From Basidiobolus meristosporus CBS 931.73 (lineage: Eukaryota; Fungi; Basidiobolomycota), in assembly GCA_002104905.1 (NCBI GenBank), contig MCFE01000040.1, forward strand, positions 1 through 64,000: a stretch of 64,000 nt of DNA. Reading direction: 5' to 3'. Below the pieces are notes generated by a model. That model saw only the letters and a program-made list of their open reading frames with translations, made no database searches and was not told the DNA's origin. Numbering within the stretch: the first letter of the stretch is position 1; the number at the start of each line of letters is the position of its first letter. The position numbers and the translations under genes are program-made. Shown piece after piece: positions 36,306-49,943 of the stretch.

Positions 36306-38102
36306 TCCGCCATTTCTACTTTCTATTTAGTCCCAATAGTAATTTTAGGCAGTCACAATCGCTACACATCACGCCGCTTTGCCAATGCGTCGCACTCTAG
36401 TTAGCTATATCTGGTCAAAAATACCAGACTCAACAGTTTGGACCTTCTTTCCTGCTCGTGCCACAAACGAAGTTATACTTTCTATAGACACAAAGGGGCA
36501 ATAGGATTGGATCCAGGATAAAGTGTGTCTGATTAAAACGTCCATCGCATGAGCCCATATTGAGTTTGTGAAAGTAAATCCCCAGTTTTTCGTGGCTTCG
36601 TACCACAGTCAAGTTGAGATCGAACATATGTTGGATGGAATTGGATCAGTCCAGTTGAAGATGAGTTCCCTCGAGTTTGGGAGCCCGTAGCATTGATCGA
36701 TGAAATATCAAAAGGTACAGGCTAATGAAAGTGTGTCGGTTGATCTAAAAGTGGGGAGATCTTTAAACCGTCGTTACATCTGCTTAACTATCGCATCGTC
36801 TAGGGTCGGTTATGAGCAAAAATGGCCGATTTTCCATATTGGTTGCAGAACTAGGGGGTTACTGAGCAAGGGAATGTCATAAACCTCGAATATTGCACCT
36901 CCTAAATAGAACGGATATGCTCGGGGAACCTCATATCTTTTCACTCATCACAATAATGCCTCTCATCTTAAAGGTTGCTGAATCGGTCTTTTCCAGCTAC
37001 ATGATGGAGTTGTCTCATTGTCGATGAGACTTGAGCCACTCTTACAGCATTCATCGCAAGCCAGCACATGAGGCATAGGCCAAGGTGGTGGTGCTTTCAC
37101 ATGTTGCTCTCATGTTGTCACACACAAGACATATTCCTTTATTGGGGCAGGTTTGAGGAGTGGGTGGGTATCGTCATATATCCTCACTATATATCACACA
37201 TTGATCTGAAATTTCAGCAGCGGGTATCGGAATTGATGTTAAGACCGACCAGATGATAGATCAATTGATTAGGGTATCTTGCAGAGCCGACCCAGAATCA
37301 AGAGTACTCATGGCCCCACTTTAGCGGGTAGATCGTCAGTTGTAACAATTAACGAGAAAATAGAATGCTCATTTCACTTCATAATGAAGATCAATATACA
37401 AGGGAATACTGGGAATCTTCACATGAAAACGGAGTTGGGATTAAAGTGATACCAGGTTTTAGAGTGCACCAAGTGTAGTTGGATGCATCTAATCTTCCTT
37501 CCTAGGCAGGGCTGCTTGGTCTCATGTTCACTCTACCACAATTAGGCGAAGTGGCATCTGAATTTGGCCTAAATTCAATATCCACTTGATATGTAGATAC
37601 CGCCATCCATTCCTTCATACACATTTTGAATCATACGAGTCCCAGTGCAGGGAGTGGTACCCTCTGAAGTGATGACGATGGGTGCTTGTTACCAATCCAT
37701 CAGGATGCTATGATACATGAGGATTCTGAGTTGACCAGGGATACTCTCGGCCGAATACTTCAAAAGCATGTGGGTAGTGACGATGCTTCTAGGGTGTGGA
37801 TACGTCAAGTCATATTAGTTATGGTATCAAGATCTCCATGGTTCCGCTCAACGAATTACAGCGAGGCCATTTGTAAATTAAGTTATCTGGAATAAATGGC
37901 AAAAGGTAAACCTCCAAGTAAAATAAGATTCTTTAATTAACCTTCACCAATCCAGTAAGTTGGTTACCATGATTTCAAATTAAGGATATCAATCTAAATC
38001 GTTGCCCTAGCAAAAATTTAGCATGGCAATACCATAAGCATCAGGCTAAAAACTCCAAAGATTCACCCAAAGGGGGTTTACGTTGTCTTTCAGCTTTCTA
38101 AC

Positions 38103-40130
38103 ATGTCCAAATTCGATCCAAATACTTTTGCAAATCTAGAGGACTTGGTTACCGAACACTTACACCTTGAATTGAAAGTTGATTTCGAGAAAAAGCGCCT
38201 TGTTGGTACTGTGCTGCTTACTCTGAGAACAGTAGCTCAGGAGGTCAAGCAGGTCATTCTTGACACCAATCAACTAACTATCAACGGGGTATATGAAGGT
38301 GAGGATTTGGAAAAATCGCTGGAGGTAGGTGGATACTTTGGACTATTTTGTATACCGGCACAGTCTTACCTCCACTTTATACTAGTATCATCTTGGGGAG
38401 CCGGACGTTTCATTCGGCCGCGCCTTAAAAATATCGCTCCCAAAGCCTCTTGGTTCTAATGAGCTGATTAAAATCTTAGTAAAGTATGAGACCACCAAGG
38501 ATTGTGGTGCTTTGCAATGGCTGGAGCCTCACCAGACTGTGGATAAAAAGCATCCATACTTGTTTACCCAATGCCAAGCCATTTACGCTCGTAGTCTGAC
38601 CCCTTGTCAAGATTCACCTAGTGTAAAGATAACATACTCCGCTAGCATCGATACCCCTGCGCCACTTCGAGCTCTTATGAGTGCACTTCGTATTAACGAG
38701 GAGCCAGAGCTTGTTGGTGACTCTCGAGTGTACAAATTTGAGCAAAGAACCACCATCCCTTCTTATTTAATCGCATTGGTTGTTGGTGACTTAGAAGGAA
38801 GAGAGATCGGCCCCCGGTCAACTGTGTGGAGCGAACCAAGCATGATTGAGAAGTGTGCATGGGAGTTTGTTGATACCGAGCAGTTTATAAAAACTGGAGA
38901 AGACTTGCTGACACCTTATGAATGGGGGCGTTACGACTTGCTGGTTTTGCCTTCATCGTTTCCATATGGTGGTATGGAGAATCCATGCCTTACATTCGTC
39001 ACTCCTACTCTTCTCGCTGGTGATAGATCCTTAGTAGACGTAGTGGCGCATGAAATTGCTCATAGGTATCTGTTTCCACGAACCAGTGTTAGAGTAGATC
39101 ATTAATGTATTATGTTTGTTAGCTGGATGGGAAACTTGGTCACGACAAACAATTGGGTAATTAGATTAGTTCAGTTTACTGGTGACAGTCCGACCTAGCT
39201 AACATTTCCATTTTCCTGTAGGAAAACTTCTGGTTGAATGAAGGCTGGACAATGTTCATCGAGCGCAAGATCATCGGTCGTCTGCATGGCGAACCCTCCC
39301 GCCAATTTAGCGCACAGTTGGGTGTAAAAGATCTAAAGGCTGATGTCGACCTATTTGGCCATAAAAATCCACTCACTTGTCTTTGCCCCCGCCTGCAAGG
39401 AGTTGACCCAGACGATGCTTTCTCTAGCGTGCCTTATGAGAAAGGATTTAATTTCTTGTATTATTTGGAGCAACTTCTGGGTGGGGCAGATGTGTTCGAG
39501 CCTTATATGAAGGAATATGTCCGACACTTCGCTGGAAAATCATTGTCCACTGAGGAATGGAAGGATTTCCTGTATCGTTATATGGAAAGCAAGTATGGCC
39601 ACGAGAAAATTTCGCTACTTGATGAGGTCGACTGGAAAGGATGGCTTTACACTCCAGGCATGCCTCCCATTGAAAATAAGTTTGATCAAAGTCTTTCACA
39701 TGCTTGTATCCAGCTAGCAAATAAGTGGGATACCCATCGCAATACCCCCTTCGAAGCTTCGCCCAAGGATATTGAATATTTTTCCACCGATCAGAACATC
39801 TTTTTCCTAGAAGAGGTCCTTCAGACTGACCCAATGCCACATAGCGCCTTGGATGCTATGGATCACGCTTACGGTCTCACGAAGGTCCAAAATGCTGAGA
39901 TTCGCTTCAAATGGCAATTGTTGTGCCTAAAGGCCGAATACCAGCCAATTTATCCTGAAGTTGTAAAATTCCTTACAGAGCAAGGGAGAATGAAGTATAC
40001 TCGGCCTTTGTATCGTGCCCTTTACAAATGCCCATCAGGGTCTCAGCTAGCCAGGGATACCTTCAAGAAGAACAGAGACTTCTACCACCCGATCTGTGCA
40101 CGGTTTATCGAGAAGGACCTCGAGCTTTAG
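38103..40130 (+). CDS. LTA4H: Leukotriene A4 hydrolase / M1 aminopeptidase, about 4 exons
   Basis: [32 protein letters not shown] (GXMEN), HEIAH-SW...E zinc motif across an intron, and [18 protein letters not shown]. Confidence 0.96.
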
Positions 40131-41047
40131 CTCCCCATGAATTCAACCAATGCTCAAACTGCTCTATCACCCTTATCCAACTAGTTTAGCAAACGGTGGC
40201 ATGGGTTGAAAACTGAATAAAACTGCCATACATGAAGACTGTTGTTGACAATACGGTTTCATCAACCAATTGAGCAACGTGTTGTGAAGCCATAAATAGA
40301 CTGATGGCAATTTACACAGGTTGTTGGAGAGCAATGAAGTGACTGTATGACATATAGATATCAAAAGTAGATGACTACCCTATGTGAGACCGGAATAAAC
40401 GCCCATGTAAAATAGGCAATGAAGCAAATCCATTTTCTCTGTTAGTCATTTGTCTAAACTCAAATATATAAACAGATCATCAATGCTGACCAATGACTAC
40501 GCACAATCTAAAGAAGCATCGAAATCCCATTTCTCCTGAACAGCTCAAACACTGCATGGATACTGACAAATGAAATACCTTCAGCATAGTATTTCCCAGT
40601 AGGTTTGGGTGGATGATTTGCTAAAGATGTTGGCCACGCAAGTCCGCTAGTTTAGCTGGTTTTCGCCGTACATTTATTTATATATGCATTAATAGCGGCT
40701 TCGAAAATTCGATATTTAATTCTCTTTCCATTGGGACTGAAACAGCACAGAGGCGTATTATAAGTGAGAACACGAAGATGCTTGAGAGATAAAAGGTTAT
40801 GTTCGCTACGTTACCAGACAATTATTTATGCTAGGGTGTGTGGCTATGCCTGAGTATCCAATCAAATTTCTTCAAATACCCCTTCATTTCAAGCATTACA
40901 TCTACTCCATCTCATCTGATAATTTCTCGATATCTTGCTTCAGCACTTCCTCCTACTACATATATTTATCTGAGAAGTGCTATCCAAAACGCCAATATCT
41001 CAACTCCTAAACGGTCCTCCAGCACTATTATTGCCTGATACTTTGCA

Positions 41048-44000
41048 ATGCCCGAAGTTGAGCACTGCGACAATAACCAGGAGCGGTTTTCCAGCGATAC
41101 TTTAAAAGAAGCTTCGGTCAAAGTAGAGTATAATCTCTTACCCGGAACAGCATCAACGACACCAAAAGGAAACCTGAATAAAGTTGCTATTCGGCGCCCA
41201 AGTACTAGATTATCGGAAGACCAGGTGAGGATACTCGAAGTTGCGTCAAGTGTGTATAAATCAGTTCCAAGTGCTGCCCGAATAGAATGGCTATCCCGCC
41301 TAATTAAAGCAGACACCGAGTATATTATCGATTGGTTTGACTGTCAAGTATATCCTCAACCTCACAGCCACACTGGTCCTCAACTGCTAGTCGCTAACGC
41401 GAACGAAATGCAGTGTGAGGCTGATTCGGACACTGAAATTAAAAAGCAGTCCTCCAAGACACCACTTGTGAAGAGAGTCAGTAATGAAGTCGACGAAAAC
41501 CTCCCAACCAAAAAGCAGCCAACAAAATCGCCACACACTTCAAGCAATCGCACCGATAGAAGGCCTTCTAGAAATCAGCTGAGTAGCGCTTCCCACACAG
41601 CAGGACTCAAAACCGACTCGATTAGACCCCAGATTTTTGGGAAAGAAAATATCCACGTTCAAAAATCACCGTGTCAGAATCAAATATACTCAATGTTTGA
41701 AAAATGTAGAAGTTGCATCCGCAAAAACGGTGACGTTTGTCGATTCAGAGAATTTCGAGTATTTCGAGAAGATCCCAAAGGCCAGCTTACATATGGCCCT
41801 GCGTTTCAATCATCAACTGTGCTAGCTCATTCACACGTACCTAATGGGCGCAGCAGGAGCAATTCTAGGGGGCATTCGCTGAATCCGATCCCTAGAGAGC
41901 TGCTTTTACTGGGCAGCCGGCTGAGGTTGCCAATGGAGGTTTGGATGAAGCACGAAAATTATTTACGCAGTATCATCGCGCCTAGCTTGTTGGAGATCAT
42001 TAATCGAGAGATTGCCTTCATGGAAAACACCACATACTATCAAAGAGCAACGCCGATGGGTGTGCGACAAATGTGTGATGCTTGCTTAACCTCGATTTTC
42101 AATGGTTTCTGGTTGTGTTGCGTGTGTGGCATGGAAATATGTTTGTACTGCTTTGATGAATGGACAACCCGAAACCCGAAAGTTAACATTTGTTCTTATA
42201 AGCGAACTCATGAGAAGGTACAGATGATTCGTGTTTCGAGAATTAGCCTAAAGGAGCTTTTGGATTTCCGGAGCATAGTCCAATCCATTGAAGCCCCCAC
42301 CGACAATGTCGATTGCCTGAAAAAATCGCCGAGCTCAGAGAAGGGCCGACTTTCACATGAGGCTGGTTATCTTATTGATGGCTACAAGAATGTTACGTTG
42401 GAAAACTTTCAAGAAAGATGGCGAAATGGGGAAACGGTGGTCATCCGTGACTTACTTGATAAGATCAAACTAGACTGGTCTCCAAACTATTTCATCGAGC
42501 ATTATGGTGACGAAGCAGCCGATATGGTAGACTGTTCAACTGGATACACCGTTACAAGCAAGACGGTGGGTGACTTTTTTCGTGGATTCAGTGATATGGA
42601 TTTTAGATCGCGAAACGACGAAGGAAAACACCTCGTTTTGCGCATCAAAGTATGTTAGTTACTTGATGCCATTTCTATTCTACTAAATACTAATAGGTAC
42701 AACCGAATTTTAACAGGACTGGCCTTCGGACATGGACTTCAAAGATAAGTTCCCAGACCATTTTATGGATTTCATGAAAGCCCTACCTTTCCAAGAGTAT
42801 ACACAACGCAAAGGTATCTTGAACCTTGCAAGCCGTCTTCCTGCTATAGTAGTTCCACCCGATCTTGGACCCAAAATGTACAATGCATACGGGTCTGACG
42901 ATGGTGAAATTGGTGTTGGTACCACACCTTTACACTTGGATATGGCAGATGCTGTGAATCTAATGGTTTATAGCATCAACCCTGTGAACGAACAAGATAC
43001 CCAAGCATCTGGTGGTAACTCCGTGAAGCATCACGATGCTGGAGCCGTATGGGATATTTATCATTTTCAAGACCTCCCAAAGATTCGGGAGTTTCTTAGA
43101 GACTACGCTGATCAAATGGGGCATTCGGTCGACGACCCTATACATGACCAAGTATTTTACCTAAATGAAACACTACGGCAACAGTTGTTCTCACAGTATG
43201 GAGTTCGCGGTTGGCGAGTATATCAAAATCCTGGCGATGCAGTCTTCATACCTGCGGGCTGTGCGCATCAAGTCTGTAATTATAAAAGTTGCATCAAAGT
43301 GGCTATGGACTTCGTAAGCCCCGAGAACGTTTCAAGATGTGCTGAGCTCACGAAGGAATTCCGATTGTTAAGCCAAGGGCATCGTCGACGCCAAGATCTG
43401 TTACAGCTTGAGAGTATATTGTATCACTCATTGCTCAACTCCGAGAGTGCAATTAAAGGTGAAGAAGTAGACGAATTGCTACCTCAAGAAATCCAGGATT
43501 CCGTTAGCCCCAACACGGCACGTAAAACCAGAAGCAGGATTACCACCAGAAGTGCTAGACCTGAAGAGTCACCCAAGCCCACTGACCTGAAGAGAAAAAG
43601 AGCTTCGAGCGTTGTCAAAAAGACGCTCAAAAGAAAATCGGATGATACCAGCTTTGGCGGCGACATGCCCACAGTAGACGAAGAAATAGTTGATTTGCTC
43701 TCTGGGTCCAAAAGTAAACCTCATAAATGTCCTACCCGCTCTCAGAACCCAACAACCGCACCTCCATTTGAGAACAGAAAATCGAAATTTACCTATGTTA
43801 CCAGATCATCTAGCGATTCCAGTTTGACCGATCTTAGTGATCTGGTCAATAGCTCCGACGAAAGTAGCTCATCACGAAGTGAGAAGCCCAGTGCACGCAA
43901 AAAACCTGAACCACTTGCTAGAGCGCATAAACGAACATCAGCCGTCAAATCGTATTCCTCCAGTGACGATGAGCCTGCAGTATATGAAACCAAAAAGCGA

Positions 44001-44387
44001 CTTCGACGACATACAACAACAAACAACGCTCAAGAACACACTATAGAGGATGAAAACCATGCAGTAGCCAAGAGCAGCGATGTTCGAGAAGCCGGAAACC
44101 CCAGAAAAAAGCCCAAGAGAGAAATCAACCTCCCATCTAGCAAATCCACGCCCAAAATCAAGCTCATTTTGAGCTCCAAGGAGCAAGAACCCGAGAATCC
44201 ATCTGCGCCTCATGCTTTAGAATCAACGGAAGCTCGCAGCGTGGAAAAACATCCCTTGTGCAAACAAACTGTAGTGGATCCCGCTAAAGATACAGAACCC
44301 CAATCCGCCATTGCATTGCTTGATCTTGGCAGTTCCAAGGATCCAAAGGAGCACCCTTCGCTCGACTCAAATGACAAGCATGCCTGA
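41048..44387 (+). CDS. KDM3/JHDM2-like JmjC histone demethylase with N-terminal homeodomain-like segment, 2 exons
   Basis: Intron 42650-42716 joins LRIK-DWPSDMDF. Cys clusters CRSC...CRF and CDAC...CCVC...CLYC. JmjC PDLGPKMYNAYG, TTPLHLDMADAVN, AVFIPAGCAHQV with intact Fe-binding HxD...H. K/S-rich C-terminal tail. Confidence 0.92.
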
Positions 44388-45532
44388 GATGATCAGCATC
44401 ATCTGGTGCAGCATTTGTCATAACGAAAGTGCTTGATGCGTTGCATTCATTTTTTATCCGAGTAAACTTTCTGCATTGCTTGGCTACTTCCCTGTATATT
44501 GGCAGGCGGCTTGAATGGCCTGATTGCCATGGGTATTAGATGGAATCAACATCCAGATCATGTTGCCACTAGAAATTAGCACCTTGTAAATGTACAGCAA
44601 TTAATCTTCAGAATATACATAGTTGAAACGCTCCATGCATGTGCATGTATCCATTGGCGTATGTAGCAGCCAGGCCTAAAGCCCGCCCAGTGCCTCAATC
44701 ATATCATTCGTCCGCAGCAGAAGCACAGCCAATCTATTATTAGAATATTCCACTTTGATCATATTGTAGCGCCCAGCAGCATGGCCATTCAAAACACCAC
44801 CCCCTGTCCAGTGAGATCCGACTGTTCTTGGGAAGCAACCAACTAGCCGTGTGATTAGAGCAACGTTGTTGCAAATCAGCTAGGAATATAGCCTCTGTAG
44901 GTTGCAAATATTGGTGGTAGAGGATCCGTGGTGTTTCGGTTTCATCTATTTTGAACCAAAGCGGGGTTTTTCTGCACGGATACAAGTGTATTCTTGAATT
45001 TACCACTCCAAGCTACATCATTCTGTATTGTTTCTATACTTGATGAAATTGGAATAATGATATTTATGCTGTCTGATGCATCTGTTTGGTCTCACTCCTA
45101 TTTGGTAGTGATAATGAACCAAAAAAACCCCTTTCGTCTGGCGCCCCCTTTTCCAAATCAAAGATATTAATGTCTTTCGGGCGCCCCTATTTGTGAATAG
45201 TAGAGCTGCTGCCCATTTCCTAGTTATTTCCTTCTCTTCCTCAAGTCCCGAGTTTCAACTGGTTTCCGCCTTTGTTTACTCAAATTGTACCCTGTGCTTT
45301 TCTCTGTGAATAGTATGCTCAAAGGCTTCTTATAATACTCACCATTCCATACGCCCCAGCTCCGTCAAGCAAAACCTTGGCAGTTTTTGACCAAAGAACT
45401 ACAATAAATACTGTCGAGATAGGTTCACTTTTGGAGCCTGACCAGCTTGACATATATTGCGCTTAAAGAGTCTTCGAATTTCGTTTGGGATATCGTTTCT
45501 TTCCGCCAGCGAGAACCGAGGCCTGCGTTGTC

Positions 45533-46852
45533 ATGTCGAACACGAGTATACCTCGCTTTTACGTCCGTAAACCAACACAAGAATATGATGCTGTCGAGCC
45601 CTCTCTGGGCGAGAAGAATTTGGATATCGCTCTTGCCCGTAGGCTGTCTCAACAGGAGGAGATATTTTCTAGCCTCTCGCAAAGGCCCGCAAGCTACTCC
45701 TCAGAGTACAAGCGTACCAGCACCGACTCCATCGACCCTTACAGCATATCCTCAGCAAGTTCCGGATCTAGTCCCTTATTCAACGACGAAGAGAGTACAT
45801 TGTCGGTGTTCGATTTGGATGAGGAGTATCAGGAGCTGAGTTTAACTATTCCGGCCAAAACATCCCAGGATTGCTTTATTGAACCGGATTCGGCTACTAT
45901 TATAACAAGTACTGTATCGTCCGGAGTCTCGTCACCTTTGTGCGGAGGGCCTGACTTGTGGGAGGCACTGAAGGCTGACTTTTCACAAATGCAAGATTCG
46001 TCTCCGGAGCTTGTTCGAGAACTGGTTTACTCGGGAATTCCTAACAACCATCGTGGTGACATTTGGCAACTGTTAAGCAACAGTAAGGAAACTCATCTGG
46101 AGTCGGTTTACTACAAGCTTTTACTTGAGCCAACCGAATACGACAAAGCGATTGTACTGGATCTGTCACGCACCTTTCCGACTGTTGAGGAGTTTATGGC
46201 AGTCGGTGGCCTGGGCCAAACGAAAATGTTCAAGGTTCTGAAGGCTTACGCAGTATACGACACCGAGATCGGATATTGTCAAGGCCTTGGGTTTATTGTA
46301 GGTACGCTGGTAAGACAGATGTCCGAACCGCAAGCGTTTTGCGTATTCATGCAACTGATTGAGACGCATTCTATCCGGAGCATGTTTCTACCTGACCTCC
46401 AAGGACTAGAATTACGGATATTTCAGCTGCGTTCTTTACTCCACACCCACTTCCCAAGCTTATTTAAGCATCTTCAAGAGCACCAGGTACAGCTTGGAAT
46501 GTTCCTCCCGCAATGGTTTCTCTCGTTCTACGCCGCATGCTTTACTCCGGCTTTTGTCCAGCGCTTGTTTGACATTATTTTGCTGGAAGGTGCGTTGGAG
46601 ACGTTGTTTAGAGTTGCTCTGGCCATATTTTGTAAGGTCGAGCAACCGATCCAAGAGATGGATGACTTCGACGATATAGCCACCTTGCTAAACCGAGGTT
46701 TGGGCAATCTGTTTGAATCCGAAGATGAGCTGGTTGCCCAGATCTGGAAATGGAGAGATAAGGTTGACGAAGACATTCTGACAGACCTGGAAACGAAGTA
46801 TCTTCGCATTCGGGAGATCTTCGGCGATAGCTGGAGCGAAGACTCTTTTTAA
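45533..46852 (+). CDS. TBC-domain Rab GTPase-activating protein (Gyp5/EVI5-like), intronless
   Basis: GIPNNHRGDIW, IVLDLSRTFP (arginine finger), IGYCQGLGF (glutamine finger), FLPQWFLSFY, RLFDIILLEG. Confidence 0.92.
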   Translation: MSNTSIPRFYVRKPTQEYDAVEPSLGEKNLDIALARRLSQQEEIFSSLSQRPASYSSEYKRTSTDSIDPYSISSASSGSSPLFNDEESTLSVFDLDEEYQELSLTIPAKTSQDCFIEPDSATIITSTVSSGVSSPLCGGPDLWEALKADFSQMQDSSPELVRELVYSGIPNNHRGDIWQLLSNSKETHLESVYYKLLLEPTEYDKAIVLDLSRTFPTVEEFMAVGGLGQTKMFKVLKAYAVYDTEIGYCQGLGFIVGTLVRQMSEPQAFCVFMQLIETHSIRSMFLPDLQGLELRIFQLRSLLHTHFPSLFKHLQEHQVQLGMFLPQWFLSFYAACFTPAFVQRLFDIILLEGALETLFRVALAIFCKVEQPIQEMDDFDDIATLLNRGLGNLFESEDELVAQIWKWRDKVDEDILTDLETKYLRIREIFGDSWSEDSF

Positions 46853-48090
46853 GACATGAGTGCTAAGGCTTTCGCGAAATCGTAAACGCTAGGAATATTA
46901 ATCACGGATTTTTGGTCTATTCAAATCTTAGAAGAACCTCTTCTGTAATAGTATCGTCAACTTGACACTCATCAAAAGCATCCCGTTGGCATCGCACACC
47001 CCAACAAAGTCAATCTTTTTGCTACTAACTAATCCTCCCAATAACATACCTATTCAAATATCCCTTACCATCCTAATGTATTCTATACAACGGCCTTTCG
47101 CAGAACTTTTGTAATAACCAGCCCCTTCTGTATACAAACACGCCCCTGCTATACAAGAATGAACGCCTCGGTTTACTGATAGTGTTGTAGTGTATTAGGT
47201 TGGGCAGTGGCCTGGACCAGCGAAGACCTAGGCAGTGTGTGGCATGGCGCGCAATTGAGGCCTATGCATAGCATATTTTTTTCAAGCCGAAAGTGAACCA
47301 CTTCACAAATGCTCTAGCCATCCGATGCTGGCGAGCGGCTATGCTGAGAGCTGGTTTTCGGCAATGCCAGCATAGACTGAAACATATGGGCACATATATT
47401 ATGTACACCTCTACCTCAAACACCTTCAACGCCCTATTGATCAGCCAAAAAGTATTGGTTGTCTACCGATCCAAGGAATCTGTGGGTTGACCAAAAATAG
47501 TGGCTCTGCTACTGATCTCTGAGCGATAAGACTAGCGGCCATGTAAGCGCCCTGCGTTGTTTAACCACCTAGCCAGTCTTTGCCATGTGTACGTATTTGT
47601 CAATCTCTTCGTCATGTCACGGGTCGGCTTACATACGGAGCCTCAGGTGTACCAAATTACCAGGAAGACGGCGAACAACCCACTGGGATCCCGAATTGGC
47701 ATCCATCGTGTACTAATGCGATTATAGATACTCCCTCCTCTACATGCATTGCGACCTTATTGGTTCGGAATAAGATACAAGACGAAGAGCTACTCAGGGA
47801 TCCGAACACCGTCCTATCTATTTCCGCATTCGCTCAAATTGTCGCAGGAGAGTGGTGTTAGTGACTGGCTTGACCGCAATGGTTTCCATCTGGATTTGGA
47901 TTTGGTGTTTAAAATAGGATAAAAATCTTTATTAGGATTATGCCGCACGATTCATAATGGAACTGGCCAAATATAGGCTTGGATCAGAGGAAACAGTAAT
48001 AATGATGAAATGGGGATATATCGGGTCGAGGGACCAATGAGCTGCTTGACTCGGTTGATCAAAAAGGGTTCCTATGAAAACTTATGTTTC

Positions 48091-49943
48091 TCAAAAATTT
48101 TCTGAGAACAGATGTCAGGTTAGCCACTCGTCCACAATGAGCCAAGCATCCTCCCAGCTTACCTTTGTTGTAGTAGAATTTGGTTCCTTCCTCTTGCGGC
48201 TGATTATACTTATTGCAATACATATGAAGCTGCTTTCCTAATGGTTTGGGGCCACAGAAGAAAACTCCGACATCGGTGGCTGGATGGTGATGGCATAGTC
48301 CATTGAATATGTGGTCGAGGTTGGGGCGACCATAATGAGTTGGTGAGCGTAGGCCAGTCAAAGCGTCCTGGTAGCCCTCTTCATCATTGATGATTACGTT
48401 GCGTACTTCATCCGGCTTCAGCCCCCCGGTCAGGTACGTGTGGATCTCGATGAATTGCTCGATATCCTCCTCTTCGATGGCTTTCAACAAGTCCTGGAAC
48501 CATTCAAAGGCCTAGCAGAGGGATTTAGTCTTTGGCGTCTTCCTGTCTGACTTCACACCTCGCATTTTACCTCTTTGTCACGGCAAATCCAAAAGAAGTA
48601 CACCTTGCGGAGTCGGGTGGCTTTCATAGGATAGTTCACCCGATACCTAATGGTGGCGAATTAGAAAGACTGCAGCACACTAGCGAGTAGAATACCACGA
48701 TACTCTACCAAATTGACTTCAGAACCGAGGCGAAAGGAGTGACACCAATCCCGGCTCCGACTAATACGGCAACCTCGTAATTGAACACGTCCTCGCTGGC
48801 GGAGCCGAAGGGCCCATCGATCATGACTCGGGGCAATATTCTATTCACGCCAGCTTTCGGGTCTATCGAGTTCGGCTTCTTCGAGTCCACATCGCATCCC
48901 AAACGCCTGGCAAACTCTCTGGTGAAGTTCCCTACAACTCGAATGTGCACCGATATGTAGTCTTCCTCGGGGGCAGAGGTCAGAGTGAACGGATGAAACT
49001 GATAAAGGGAGACCTCTGGGCAACATAGAAAGATGTATTGGCCAGCCTTCGACCGGATGTAGTCTTTTTTGATTTGCACCTCAACCACCTTGCTCGAGTG
49101 TAGAACCACCTTGGAGATGAACGTGCGATGCCGGCCTTTCACCTCCCTTATGATCCTTTCTAGGAGGTAGAGTAGTCCGGAAGCTATCCAGTATTTCCAA
49201 AAAGAGCCCCCCGAGCTGCAGTATGGCGGCCTATCTGGCTTGATCAAGCAAAAGGTTCCGTGCATCGAGAAAAACCCAAAGTAGACGCCAAACAGATGGT
49301 GTGTGTACCAGAATACCTCGAAGTACTTCCGTCGCACGCGGTGCACCGCCGTCGCTACAAGCAGTATTAGCGAAGCTAGCATGGTGTGGCCAGTCCACCC
49401 GGGTCCCGTCACAAATGCATACCAGAGCCAGCCGTGAGGCGCATCGGTAAGAGATGCTGCAATATAGAAGTTGACATAATGTGCACCGGTATGGACTAGA
49501 GTAAAGAACAATATCGACCAGCCAATCATTTTATGGAACGCGACATTTTTATCGAAGGGGATTACTTTGTTCAATGGTGTGGTTCTTAACCAAGATATCA
49601 AATTTCTACACATGGGAAAGAGCACAATCCCAGTGTCAACATGCAATACTAATGCCGAGGCTCTTGCCACCGCGAATGTTAGGCCGAAGGTGGTCCGGGA
49701 ATTGGAAAAATTATCACCAAACCAATAATTCACGAATGCTAGGGAGAATATCAGGAACTGAATAAACACCCATAATCCAAAGAAAATCACTCGCTGGCCT
49801 AGTGGTGAACCATTGTTAGTACATGATATTGGCCGATATCGCAGTTACACAGTACCATCATTGACCATCCACACATCGAATTTCTGTTTCCATGTAGGCT
49901 TGGACAGCGCTACTGGCGGATACGACTGATATGGGTTCAACAT
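48091..49943 (-). CDS. noxA: NADPH oxidase catalytic subunit, NoxA/gp91phox type
   Basis: WMVNDG start region, heme histidines (LHVD, FHKMIG, VHTGAH, YTHH, SMHG), FAD site HPFTLTSAP, IDGPFG, GAGIGVTPFAS, VGVFFCGP, and a final micro-exon giving KENF* at 48091. Confidence 0.95.

Noticed and set aside
43484-44213. Antisense ORFs over the JmjC tail and similar shadow ORFs elsewhere
   Set aside because: Explained as reverse-frame shadows of real low-complexity coding sequence.
44480-45060. Minus-strand ORF fragments between the JmjC and TBC genes
   Set aside because: No consistent splice model or motif.
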